From Streptacidiphilus fuscans (lineage in GTDB: Bacteria > Actinomycetota > Actinomycetes > Streptomycetales > Streptomycetaceae), in assembly GCF_015690355.1 (NCBI RefSeq), contig NZ_JADPRT010000006.1, positions 16,003 to 56,002 of the forward strand: DNA of 40,000 nt, read 5' to 3'. The notes beneath the pieces were generated by a model. The model was not told the DNA's origin and did not search any database. It saw nothing but the letters and a program-made list of their open reading frames with translations. Below, piece after piece: positions 1-7,669 of this stretch. How positions within the stretch are numbered: the first letter of the stretch is position 1; the number at the start of each line of letters is the position of its first letter. The translations under genes and the position numbers were made by a program.

Positions 1-251
1 ACCGCCCGCTGCACGGGCGCGTCCGCCTGTGGCGCTTCGACTTCCTGGTCGTCGGACCGCTGCCGCTGGATCGCCCGCGTGACGGCGGCGTTCCCGGCGA
101 GGCGCTGGAGGGCGAGGAGGCCTGCGGGGCCCGAGGCGCTCAGCCGACCTCCGGCCGGGAGCCGGGCTCCGGCAGCTGGAAGCGCGGCCCTGCCGGAACG
201 GGGGCTGTCGCTGTTCTGCTTTTCCTCGCGAGGGGGGCGTTGCGGTGCCAT
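1..251 (-). CDS. DUF4157-like protein, N-terminal part (gene continues beyond the left edge)
   Basis: ATG at 251-249 on the minus strand, preceded by GGGAGA. Translation is [83 protein letters not shown]... It contains the LQRxAGNxAV signature I associate with the N-terminal leaders of DUF4157 proteins. It is absent from the ORF track because there is no stop inside the window. Confidence 0.45.
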   Translation of the reverse strand, partial: MAPQRPPREEKQNSDSPRSGRAALPAAGARLPAGGRLSASGPAGLLALQRLAGNAAVTRAIQRQRSDDQEVEAPQADAPVQRA

Positions 252-404
252 CGAATCTCCCGGCCGACCACGAATATGACGCCTCGTCATCGTGGGTCGG
301 GAGCCTTGCGTTCAGCGAGAGGAACCAGGGCACACCGGCTGCGTGATTGCCCCTGACCGAAATGCGCGATTGTCTCTCACGCCGTCCACGTCCGCGCGTG
401 CTGC

Positions 405-1556
405 TTACGTTGCTCCCGCGCGCAGTCCTGGGTCGTCGGCCGGTTCACGGGCCGGCTCGCGGAGGGCCAGGGAGACCACGACGGCGATCACCGTCACGGA
501 CGCGAGGACGACGAGAGCGCCTCGCGGACCGTGGCGGTCGGCCACGAGGCCGAGCAGCGGCATGAACAGTCCACCGGCGCTCAGCGCGAGCCCGAGGGTG
601 ACGCCGGCCGCGGTGCCCGGCCGGCTGGGCAGGTAGTCCTGGCCGAGTTTGACGAGCACGGCGAACGGCACGTTCGAGATCACGCCCACGGCCAGTACCA
701 GCGGGAGCGCGGCGTACTTGTCGTCACAGGCCAGCAGGAGCCACAGGGCGGGCAGCATCGCGGCGTTGCCGACCTGCACCGTGCGGACCATCCCGATGCG
801 GTCGGCGATCCGGCCGCCCAACAGGGTGCCGAGGACGCCACCGCCGAGTTCGAGGGTCAGCGCCAGACCGCCGAGCGCGCTGCTCGCTCCCAGATGCCGG
901 ATCCAGTAGAGCGAGACGAACGTGTTCAGCCCGGTCGAGATCGTGGACCGCACGATCTCGACCCCGGTCAGCGTGGCGAACCGCCCGACCTGGTCCGTGC
1001 CCTGACGCCGTCCAATGCGGGACGCAGGGTCCGTGGTCCGGCCGTGGTGGCGCAGCAGCACGAAGCCCATGAGCACGGCCGGCGGGATGAACAGCGCGGT
1101 CGCGCCGATCCCCAAGCTGTCCAGAGCCGGTGTCACCAGCGCCGGGCCGACGAAGAATCCGACGCTGCCTCCCGCCGCGAAGTAGCTCATCGCGGTGGCG
1201 CTGTCCCCCGCCGCACGGCGGGCGTCCCGCCCGGCGGGTGGATGGAACATCGCGATGCCGACTCCGGCCAGCAGGAGCAGGGCGAACACCAGCGGATACG
1301 CGGGCGCCAGCCCGGACAGCCCCGCCCCGACGCCCGCGAGGGTGATGCCGAGCGGCGACATCCACCGCAGCCGGTGCCGGTCGGCCAGGAGGCCGATCGG
1401 TATCTGGGGCAAGGCGCTGCCCAGCGTCGCGGCCAGCGCGAGCCCGGAGGCCTCGACGTAACTGAAGTGCCGCTCCAGTACGAAGTACGGGACGGCGGCG
1501 GGCACGAGCCCCTGGTAGAAGTCGTCGACGGCGTGCGCGGTGGCCCACACCCGCAT
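405..1556 (-). CDS. MFS transporter (Fsr/fosmidomycin-resistance-like subfamily)
   Basis: Track ORF 405..1703. Multi-TM hydrophobic protein with MFS loop motifs (GLLADRHRLRWM, GGRIADRIG). The start is uncertain: ATG at 1556 (MRVWATAH...) is preferred because the upstream residues are Arg/Pro-rich with poor GC3. GTG 1628 and ATG 1703 are alternatives. Confidence 0.85.
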   Translation of the reverse strand: MRVWATAHAVDDFYQGLVPAAVPYFVLERHFSYVEASGLALAATLGSALPQIPIGLLADRHRLRWMSPLGITLAGVGAGLSGLAPAYPLVFALLLLAGVGIAMFHPPAGRDARRAAGDSATAMSYFAAGGSVGFFVGPALVTPALDSLGIGATALFIPPAVLMGFVLLRHHGRTTDPASRIGRRQGTDQVGRFATLTGVEIVRSTISTGLNTFVSLYWIRHLGASSALGGLALTLELGGGVLGTLLGGRIADRIGMVRTVQVGNAAMLPALWLLLACDDKYAALPLVLAVGVISNVPFAVLVKLGQDYLPSRPGTAAGVTLGLALSAGGLFMPLLGLVADRHGPRGALVVLASVTVIAVVVSLALREPAREPADDPGLRAGAT

Positions 1557-1678
1557 CCGGCGCCAGTGTCCCGGCAGGTCATCGGTTTCGCGGGGGCGGG
1601 GGCGGGGGGCTCTCTGGATCGTCCTCACGCCTCCACCCTGGACGATCCGGCGGGGGCAGACTTCCCGTATTCTGCCTG

Positions 1679-2449
1679 GTGATGTCGCAGATCCGCCACA
1701 CACCTGTCGCGCCGACCCACACCGAGGACCGTGAGGGCGGCGACCTCATCGACCGCCACCGCCACGACGACCACCAGCTGATCTACGTCAGCTCCGGCGT
1801 CCTCGCGATCCGCACGGAGCACGGCTCCTGGGTCGCGTCGAACGACCGCGCGCTGTGGGTCCCCGCGCGCACGTGGCACGAGCACCGCTTCTACGGCCAC
1901 AGCCGGTTCCACACGGTCGGGTTCCCCGCCACGGGCGCGGCACCGCTGCTCGCCGCGCGCACACCGACGGTCATCGGCGTCGACGCCCTGGTGCGCGAAC
2001 TGCTCATCGCTCTGACCGGGACCACGCTCACACCGGCCGAGACACGTCACCTCCGGGCGGTGCTCCGGGACCGGCTGCGCCGCGTCGAGCTCCAGCCGAT
2101 CACGCTTCCCACCGCGCGCGACCGGCGACTCGCCGACGCCTGCCGGCTCGTCGAGGCAGACCTGCAACGGCCGTACACCCTCTCCGGGCTCGCCCGTCAC
2201 GTGCACACCGGCGAACGCACGCTGTCACGGCTGTTCCGCGAGGAGTTCGGGATGACCTTCCCTCAATGGCGCACCCGTGTCAGGGTCTTCACCGCGATGG
2301 TGCTGCTCGCCGAGGGCGCCACCGTCACCGACACGGCCCACGCCTGCGGATGGGCGACGACCAGCGCGTTCGTCCACACCTTCGCCCAGACGATGGGGAC
2401 GACGCCGGGCGCCTATCGCGCGGGAGCGCGCCCGCAGCAGGAGGCGTGA
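1679..2449 (+). CDS. AraC-family transcriptional regulator with N-terminal cupin-type sensor domain
   Basis: 256 aa. The N-terminus (HDDHQLIYVSSGVLAI...WVPARTWHEH) is cupin-like. The C-terminus (YTLSGLARHVHTGERTLSRLFREEFGMTFPQWRTRVRV...GWATTSAFVHTFAQTMGTTPGAYR) is a double HTH_AraC. Divergent from the MFS gene. GTG 1679 or ATG 1682. Confidence 0.9.
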   Translation: MMSQIRHTPVAPTHTEDREGGDLIDRHRHDDHQLIYVSSGVLAIRTEHGSWVASNDRALWVPARTWHEHRFYGHSRFHTVGFPATGAAPLLAARTPTVIGVDALVRELLIALTGTTLTPAETRHLRAVLRDRLRRVELQPITLPTARDRRLADACRLVEADLQRPYTLSGLARHVHTGERTLSRLFREEFGMTFPQWRTRVRVFTAMVLLAEGATVTDTAHACGWATTSAFVHTFAQTMGTTPGAYRAGARPQQEA

Positions 2450-2490
2450 CGGCACGACGCACGGCGGTCCGCAGGACCGACAAACTTGGG

Positions 2491-2500
2491 TAAGCGCTTT
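2491..2500. promoter_or_regulatory. AAGCGCTT palindrome (TAAGCGCTTT) upstream of the isomerase-fold gene; same core as the site at 6016-6025
   Basis: Seen directly. Perfect 8-bp palindrome AAGCGCTT at 2492-2499, 34 bp upstream of GTG 2534. A TAGGCT -10-like hexamer at 2522-2527 lies only 6 nt before the start, so the transcript may be leaderless. Confidence 0.3.
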
Positions 2501-2533
2501 CCAGTTCCAGCCTCGGTGTTCTAGGCTGCTCCC

Positions 2534-3319
2534 GTGCGCCTTGCCCTCTCGACCCTCGGACTGCCAGGCCTGCCGCTGGCCGACACCGTCCGCCTCGCCG
2601 CCGACCACGGCTGGGAGGGCCTCGAACTGCGGTGCACCGCAGGCGAATCCGTCCATCTGGAGCTGGATTCCGCCGAACGCCTGGCCGCCCGCCGCCTGTT
2701 GGAGCGCGCAGGGATCACCCCGCTCTGCCTGGCCAGTTACGTCGGCGTCGCCGCCGCAGGGGACGACGCACCGGTCGTCGCTTCGCTCCGCGAGCACGTC
2801 CGCCTCGCCGCCGATCTGGGCGCGCAGTCCGTCCGCGTCTTCCCGAGCGGCGGGGACGACCCGCTCGCGGACGCGGACGAGCGCGCGGTTCGGCGGCTCG
2901 CCGTCGTCGCCGACGAGGCGGAACGCGCGGGCGTACGCGTCCTGGTGGAGACCCACGACTCGCACCGGGCCGCCCGCGACGTGGCACGCGTCGTGGCGCG
3001 GGTCGACCACCCGGCGGTCGGCGGGCTGTGGGACCTGATGCACACCTGGCTCGCGGGCGAGTCCCCGTCGGAGTCGTGGGCGGCGCTGGCTCCGCATCTG
3101 GGCCACACCCAGGTCAAGGACATCGCCGGCCCCGACGACCTCACCCCGCTCGCCCTCGGCGCGGGCGTCCTGCCGATCGCGGAGTGCGTCGCCCTGCTGC
3201 CGCCCGACGGTTGGGTCTCCTGGGAGTACGAGGCAGCGTGGCACCCCACCGCCCAGCCGCTCCCCGGCCTGCTCGGCGAGGGCGCGCGCTACCTTTCTCG
3301 CGCCCGTCCCGGGCGCTAG
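2534..3319 (+). CDS. Sugar phosphate isomerase/epimerase (xylose isomerase-like TIM barrel) family protein
   Basis: 261 aa, GTG start. Pattern typical of AP-endonuclease-2/XI-like TIM barrels (GWEGLELR..., VRVFP..., VLVETHD, WDLMHTW, GHTQVKD...WEYE). High GC3. Confidence 0.8.
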   Translation: MRLALSTLGLPGLPLADTVRLAADHGWEGLELRCTAGESVHLELDSAERLAARRLLERAGITPLCLASYVGVAAAGDDAPVVASLREHVRLAADLGAQSVRVFPSGGDDPLADADERAVRRLAVVADEAERAGVRVLVETHDSHRAARDVARVVARVDHPAVGGLWDLMHTWLAGESPSESWAALAPHLGHTQVKDIAGPDDLTPLALGAGVLPIAECVALLPPDGWVSWEYEAAWHPTAQPLPGLLGEGARYLSRARPGR

Positions 3320-3408
3320 GAGCACGTCATCCGGAAGGGGTCGTTCTGCCGGGTCCGGAGGTGGGCATGAAGAGAAGGGAGGTGTCGGCCACCGAAAGGA
3401 TCACTGAC

Positions 3409-3873
3409 ATGCCCCTGACTGTTGCCCAGGTCCTCGCTGCCAAGCCCGACGGCGGCGGCACGGTTCACACCATCGGCAAGGACCGCACGGTACTCGACGC
3501 GCTGACGCTGATGGCAGCCAAGGGAATCGGCGCGCTCGTCGTCATGGCCGAGGGACAGATCGCCGGGATCGTCACCGAACGGGACTACGCCCGCAAAGTG
3601 GAGCTCCATGGACACTCGGCCGCCACCACACGCGTCGAGGAGATCATGACCGCGCGGGTCCGTTACGTCGAACCGACCCAGACCGCGGACGAGTGCATGG
3701 CGCTGATGACCGAGCACCGTATGCGCCACCTGCCCGTCCTCGACGCCGGACGGCTCAGCGGCATCGTCTCCATCGGCGACCTGCTCAAGCAGCAGATCGC
3801 CGACCAGCAGTTCACCATCGACCAGTTGGAGCACTACATCCACGGCGCACCGATCGCCGCCCCACCGCGCTGA
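3409..3873 (+). CDS. CBS-pair domain protein
   Basis: In-frame part of track ORF 2632..3873. MPLTVAQVLAAKPDGGGTVHTIGKDRTVLDALTLMAAKGIGALVVM...IVTERDYARKV...MTEHRMRHLPVLD...GIVSIGDLLK is a tandem CBS fold. GAAAGGA lies 8 nt before ATG 3409. An alternative start is ATG 3367, behind GGAGGTG. Confidence 0.85.
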   Translation: MPLTVAQVLAAKPDGGGTVHTIGKDRTVLDALTLMAAKGIGALVVMAEGQIAGIVTERDYARKVELHGHSAATTRVEEIMTARVRYVEPTQTADECMALMTEHRMRHLPVLDAGRLSGIVSIGDLLKQQIADQQFTIDQLEHYIHGAPIAAPPR

Positions 3874-4038
3874 CCGCGTGACGACCCGTCCAGCTCCGTT
3901 GTCGCTCCGCGGTCTCAGCAGTCTCGGCTGTCTCACGCGGAGATCAATCGTTCGCCGATGGTACGGAGTGGCTGCAACGCGGGTAGCAAGTCCGCGAAGA
4001 GATCGAACAGATCGTCGTGGAAGGGATGGACGCGGGCC

Positions 4039-4356
4039 ATGAGCAGCGACACGTGGCATACCGGATTCACCCATTGGATAGTGCAGCAGGTGCGCGAGAA
4101 CGGCATCGTCGAGCAGGAGATCCCCGAGGCGTTGCTCTGGTGCTGGACCAGCGCCGCCCGGTCGACCGGCCTGGACCCCGAGGACGTACGGGAGATCGCC
4201 CGCCGCACCGGGGCGGCCGAGAGCGACGTGCTCGCGGCGTGCGGGCGGGACAACGCGCAGTGGGCCGCCGAGCAGGACCGGTTCGACCAGCCGGACCTGG
4301 TCGCTCTCGACAAGTACCTCGACACGATCCTCGGCGGACTCTTTCCCTCATCGTGA
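4039..4356 (+). CDS. Hypothetical protein (105 aa)
   Basis: High GC3 in this frame from ATG 4039 (MSSDTWHTGFTHWIVQQVRENGIVEQEIPEALLW...). No family recognised. The competing minus-strand ORF 3933..4325 has a poorer codon pattern. Confidence 0.55.
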   Translation: MSSDTWHTGFTHWIVQQVRENGIVEQEIPEALLWCWTSAARSTGLDPEDVREIARRTGAAESDVLAACGRDNAQWAAEQDRFDQPDLVALDKYLDTILGGLFPSS

Positions 4357-4389
4357 GCAGACAGACGTCATCGCACGGTGGTGAACGCG

Positions 4390-4425
4390 CGGTGGCCGCC
4401 CGTCGTGGGGAACGGGCGGCCACCG
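4390..4425. terminator. Perfect 13-bp stem hairpin between convergent genes
   Basis: CGGTGGCCGCCCG (4390-4402), 10-nt loop, CGGGCGGCCACCG (4413-4425). Confidence 0.6.
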
Positions 4426-4431
4426 GTCAAC

Positions 4432-4453
4432 GAGAGGTTGCGGTCAACCTCTC
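4432..4453. terminator. Second hairpin (9-bp stem, 4-nt loop) between convergent genes
   Basis: GAGAGGTTG cggt CAACCTCTC, immediately before the stop of the minus-strand MFS gene (4462). Confidence 0.55.
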
Positions 4454-4461
4454 AAGGACGC

Positions 4462-5838
4462 TCAGGAGTTGAGCTCCTCCAGGGTCCTGCCACGCGTCTC
4501 GGTCGCGAACAGGGCGACCACCGTGCCGACCACCGCGACGCAGCCGAGCTGGGCGAAGACGGTGGCCAGGTCGCCGCCGCCGCTCAGCACCGCGCCGACG
4601 ACGATCGGGCCGATGATGATGCCGAGGCGGTTCCAGACCCCGCCGAACGCCGAGCCCATGGCACGGGTGCGGGTCGGGTAGAGCTCCGGGGTGTAGAGGT
4701 ACAGCGTCACGTTGGTGGCGTAGACGAAGAGCGTCGCCACCGACGCCAGCACCGCGACCTGTCCGCCGCTGTGGACGCCCGAGGCCGCCAGCACCAGCAG
4801 CGCCAGCGCCGCGCCGCCCATGCCGAGCACGAGCGCGGGACGGCGGCCGATGCGGTCCACCAGGAGCGCCACCACCAGACAGCCGACCAGGCCGGTCAGG
4901 TTGCTGAGCAGGGTGTAGTCCAGCGCGGTCTGCAGCTTCAGGTGGAAGTGCGAGGTGTAGACCGAGGGCAGCCAGGAGGCCGTGCCGTAGTTGACGTAGT
5001 ACGCGACGAACCAGAGCGCCGAGACCACGGCGGTGCGCTTGAGGTAGCGCCCGGCGAAGAGGTCGCGCAGGCTGCCGCGCGACTCCTCCCTGACGTGGGT
5101 GAGGACCGGCTCGGGCAGTTCCTCCCCGCCGGACGCGGCGATCTCGGTGGCGATCTCCGCCTCGATGCCGGCGAGCACGCGTTCGGCCTCCTCGGCGCGC
5201 CCACGGGCGAGCAGCCAGCGCGGTGACTCGGGGATCCTGCGCTGCAGGTAGGCGATCAGGATGGCCGGGACTCCGCCGATGACGAAGAGCGCGCGCCAGC
5301 CGAAGGTGGGGACGACCCAGCTGGCGACCAGGGTGGCGGCGGCGAGTCCGGCCGGGAAGATCAGCTCGTACATCAGCACGAAGCGACCGCGCCGCTCCGA
5401 CTTGGCGATCTCGTTGATGTAGGTCGCCGCCACCGGCACCACACCCCCGATGCCGAAGCCCTGGATGGTCCGGAACAGGAAGAAGAGGGCGAAGCCCGGG
5501 GCTGCGGCGACCGCGAAACTCGCCACCGCGGTGATCGCCACGCCCAGCGCGACGGTGCGCACCCGGCCGATCCGGTCACCGGCCCAGCCGGCGGCGACCG
5601 CGCCGAGCAGCATGCCGATCGAGCTGCTGGTGATGATCTCCGTGCCCTGACCTGCGGTGAGATGCCACTGCTTGGTGAGGACCGGCAGGGTGGACGCGGT
5701 CAGCAGTTGGTCGAAGGCCTCGAAGAAGGTCACCGCGCCGATGACGGTGCGGACCTTGGTGTGCCAGCGGGACTGGGGAAGTCTCTCGATCCTGGCGGCG
5801 ACGGAGGCGACGGCCGTGGTGGGCGCCACTGTGGCCAT
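4462..5838 (-). CDS. MFS transporter (sugar-porter/aromatic-acid:H+ symporter-like)
   Basis: 458 aa, 12-TM-like. Motifs GWAGDRIGRVRT, PESPRWL and VDRIGRRP are typical of the sugar-porter/AAHS subfamilies. Divergently transcribed from the operon starting at 6063. Confidence 0.9.
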   Translation of the reverse strand: MATVAPTTAVASVAARIERLPQSRWHTKVRTVIGAVTFFEAFDQLLTASTLPVLTKQWHLTAGQGTEIITSSSIGMLLGAVAAGWAGDRIGRVRTVALGVAITAVASFAVAAAPGFALFFLFRTIQGFGIGGVVPVAATYINEIAKSERRGRFVLMYELIFPAGLAAATLVASWVVPTFGWRALFVIGGVPAILIAYLQRRIPESPRWLLARGRAEEAERVLAGIEAEIATEIAASGGEELPEPVLTHVREESRGSLRDLFAGRYLKRTAVVSALWFVAYYVNYGTASWLPSVYTSHFHLKLQTALDYTLLSNLTGLVGCLVVALLVDRIGRRPALVLGMGGAALALLVLAASGVHSGGQVAVLASVATLFVYATNVTLYLYTPELYPTRTRAMGSAFGGVWNRLGIIIGPIVVGAVLSGGGDLATVFAQLGCVAVVGTVVALFATETRGRTLEELNS

Positions 5839-5885
5839 GCGGGTTCCCTTCGAATGGGAGCGGGGGTGTCGCTGACCTTAAGAGG

Positions 5886-5908
5886 AGCTATCTAAGCGGT
5901 CAATAGCT
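5886..5908. promoter_or_regulatory. Inverted repeat AGCTAT-n11-ATAGCT containing ATCTAAGCG (candidate operator, site A)
   Basis: Seen directly in the low-GC 224-bp divergent intergenic region. Confidence 0.35.
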
Positions 5909-5998
5909 TTGGCCTTAGTGATTACGGCTTCTCACCAAGTGGACTCTTGTCACTCTCTGGGGCATACCCACACGCCACGGCAAGAAATGCCGGGAGGG

Positions 5999-6025
5999 TC
6001 TTGCGCAAGAATAGTTAAGCGCTTA
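5999..6025. promoter_or_regulatory. Two adjacent perfect palindromes, TCTTGCGCAAGA (5999-6010) and TAAGCGCTTA (6016-6025) (candidate operators, site B)
   Basis: Seen directly. The reverse complement of 6011-6028 (ATCTAAGCGCTTAACTAT) shares ATCTAAGCG with site A. Located about 40-60 bp upstream of the ALDH start. Confidence 0.4.
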
Positions 6026-6062
6026 GATTTCTCCGCACCGAACGACCACCCGGAAGGAATGG

Positions 6063-7598
6063 GTGCGCATGAGCGTGCAGTCGGAGCCCTCCCCCCACTC
6101 GTCGACCCAGGCGGCCCCAGGCCTCGCCTTGCCCGCCGACGAGATCCTCGTCGGCGGACGCTGGCGCCGCGGCCGGGGCCTGCCCGTCCGGCCTCTCGAC
6201 CCGGCCACCGGCCGGGAGTTGACGGTCATTCAGGCCGCCTCGGTCGAGGACGTCGAGGAGGCCGCCCGGGCCGGTGCCCGCGCCGCCGCCGACCCGGCGT
6301 GGCGAGGTCTGCTGCCGCACGAGCGGGCCCGCTACCTCTACCGGATCGCGGAGCTGATCGAGCGCGACACCGACGAGCTGTCCGCGCTGCAGACCGCGAA
6401 CACCGGCAAGACGCGCGCCGAGACCACCGCCCTGGTCCGCAGCGCCGCCGGGACCTTCCGCTACGTCGCCGCCACGCTGGAGACGGCGGAGGACGCGCTC
6501 ACCCCATCCCGGGGCGCGTACGTCACCATGAGCGTCCACGAGCCGCTCGGCGTGGTCGGCGCGATCACGCCGTGGAACTCGCCGATCGCCTCCGAGGCCC
6601 AGAAGGTCGCCCCGGCACTGGCGGCCGGCAACGCGGTACTGCTCAAGCCCGCCGAGTGGACGCCGCTGGTCGCGCTCGCGCTCGGCCGGATCGTGGAGGA
6701 GGCCGGCCTGCCCGCCGGCCTGCTCTCGGTCCTGCCCGGCAAGGGCAGCATCGTCGGCGACGCGATCGTGCGGCACCCGCTGGTCAGCAAGGTGACCTTC
6801 ACCGGCGGGACCACCACCGGACGCACCATCGCGCACCACGCCGCCGACAAGCTGATCCCGGTCTCCCTGGAGCTGGGCGGCAAGTCCCCGACCGTCGTGC
6901 TGCCCGACGCGGACGTCGAGCAGGCCCTGGCGGGCGTGCTGTTCGGGATCTTCTCCAGCAGCGGCCAGGCCTGCATCGCGGGCTCCCGGCTCTTCGTGCC
7001 GGAGTCGCTCTACGACGAGTTCGTCGGTGAACTCGTGCGCCGCACCGAGCAGTTGCGCGTCGGTCCCGGCACCGACCCGCGCACCCAGGTCGGCCCGCTG
7101 GCGCACCCCCGCCACCGGGACGCGGTCGCCGCCTACGTCGAGCTGGCCCGCAAGGAGGGCGGCCGGATCCGCTGCGGCGGCGCGGCCCCCGAGGGCGAGC
7201 AGTACGCAGGTGGCGCCTACTACCTGCCGACCGTCATCGACGGTCTGCCCAACGACGCCCGCACCTGCCAGGAGGAGATCTTCGGCCCGGTGCTGGTCTG
7301 CCTCCCCTACAAGGACGAGGAGGACCTGCTGGCCCAGGCCAACGGCTCCGTCTACGGCCTGGCCTGCGGCATCTGGACGCGCGACGCCCGAGCGGCATGG
7401 CGGCTGGCCGGTCTGCTGGAGGCCGGGACGGTGTGGATCAACACCTACAAGCAGTTCAGCTCCTCCACCCCGTTCGGCGGGTTCAAGGAGAGCGGTCTCG
7501 GCCGGGAGAAGGGCCGCGACTGGATCCGCTCCTACCAGCGGCAGAAGTCCCTGTACTGGGGCACCGACGCCACCCCGCTTCCCTGGGCGGCTGTCTGA
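6063..7598 (+). CDS. NAD(P)+-dependent aldehyde dehydrogenase
   Basis: 511 aa. ALDH signatures include ITPWNSP, LELGGKSP (catalytic Glu), SSSGQACIAGSR (catalytic Cys), EEIFGPV and PFGGFKESGLGRE. GGAAGGA RBS at 6053-6059. Start is GTG 6063 or ATG 6069. Confidence 0.95.
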   Translation: MRMSVQSEPSPHSSTQAAPGLALPADEILVGGRWRRGRGLPVRPLDPATGRELTVIQAASVEDVEEAARAGARAAADPAWRGLLPHERARYLYRIAELIERDTDELSALQTANTGKTRAETTALVRSAAGTFRYVAATLETAEDALTPSRGAYVTMSVHEPLGVVGAITPWNSPIASEAQKVAPALAAGNAVLLKPAEWTPLVALALGRIVEEAGLPAGLLSVLPGKGSIVGDAIVRHPLVSKVTFTGGTTTGRTIAHHAADKLIPVSLELGGKSPTVVLPDADVEQALAGVLFGIFSSSGQACIAGSRLFVPESLYDEFVGELVRRTEQLRVGPGTDPRTQVGPLAHPRHRDAVAAYVELARKEGGRIRCGGAAPEGEQYAGGAYYLPTVIDGLPNDARTCQEEIFGPVLVCLPYKDEEDLLAQANGSVYGLACGIWTRDARAAWRLAGLLEAGTVWINTYKQFSSSTPFGGFKESGLGREKGRDWIRSYQRQKSLYWGTDATPLPWAAV

Positions 7599-7602
7599 TG
7601 CC

Positions 7603-7629
7603 ACGTCAGACACGTCAGACGCGTCAGGC
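7603..7629 (+). repeat. 3 x 9-bp tandem repeat ACGTCAGAC / ACGTCAGAC / GCGTCAGGC
   Basis: Seen directly, 5 nt after the ALDH stop and before the dioxygenase start. Confidence 0.8.
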
Positions 7630-7669
7630 AGCGATGCCGAGCCACCCGCACCAACCACTGGAGACCCCC

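Noticed and set aside
79-279. 66-aa plus-strand ORF at the left edge (and the open plus frame 3 from 3 to 356)
   Set aside because: No recognisable motif. The opposite strand gives an RBS-preceded start and a DUF4157-type signature. This remains an uncertain call.
2632-3873. 413-aa ORF fusing an Arg-rich frame with the CBS protein; likewise the over-extended N-termini of ORFs 28026..28853, 33988..34833, 22217..23680, 7397..8620 and 8448..10283
   Set aside because: The upstream portions overlap other real genes or have non-coding-like codon usage. Internal starts with RBS or stop/start coupling give family-typical lengths.
3933-4325. 130-aa minus-strand ORF overlapping the 105-aa hypothetical
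   Set aside because: Poorer third-position GC and Ser/Arg/Ala-rich composition. The plus-strand frame was preferred, though neither has a recognised family.
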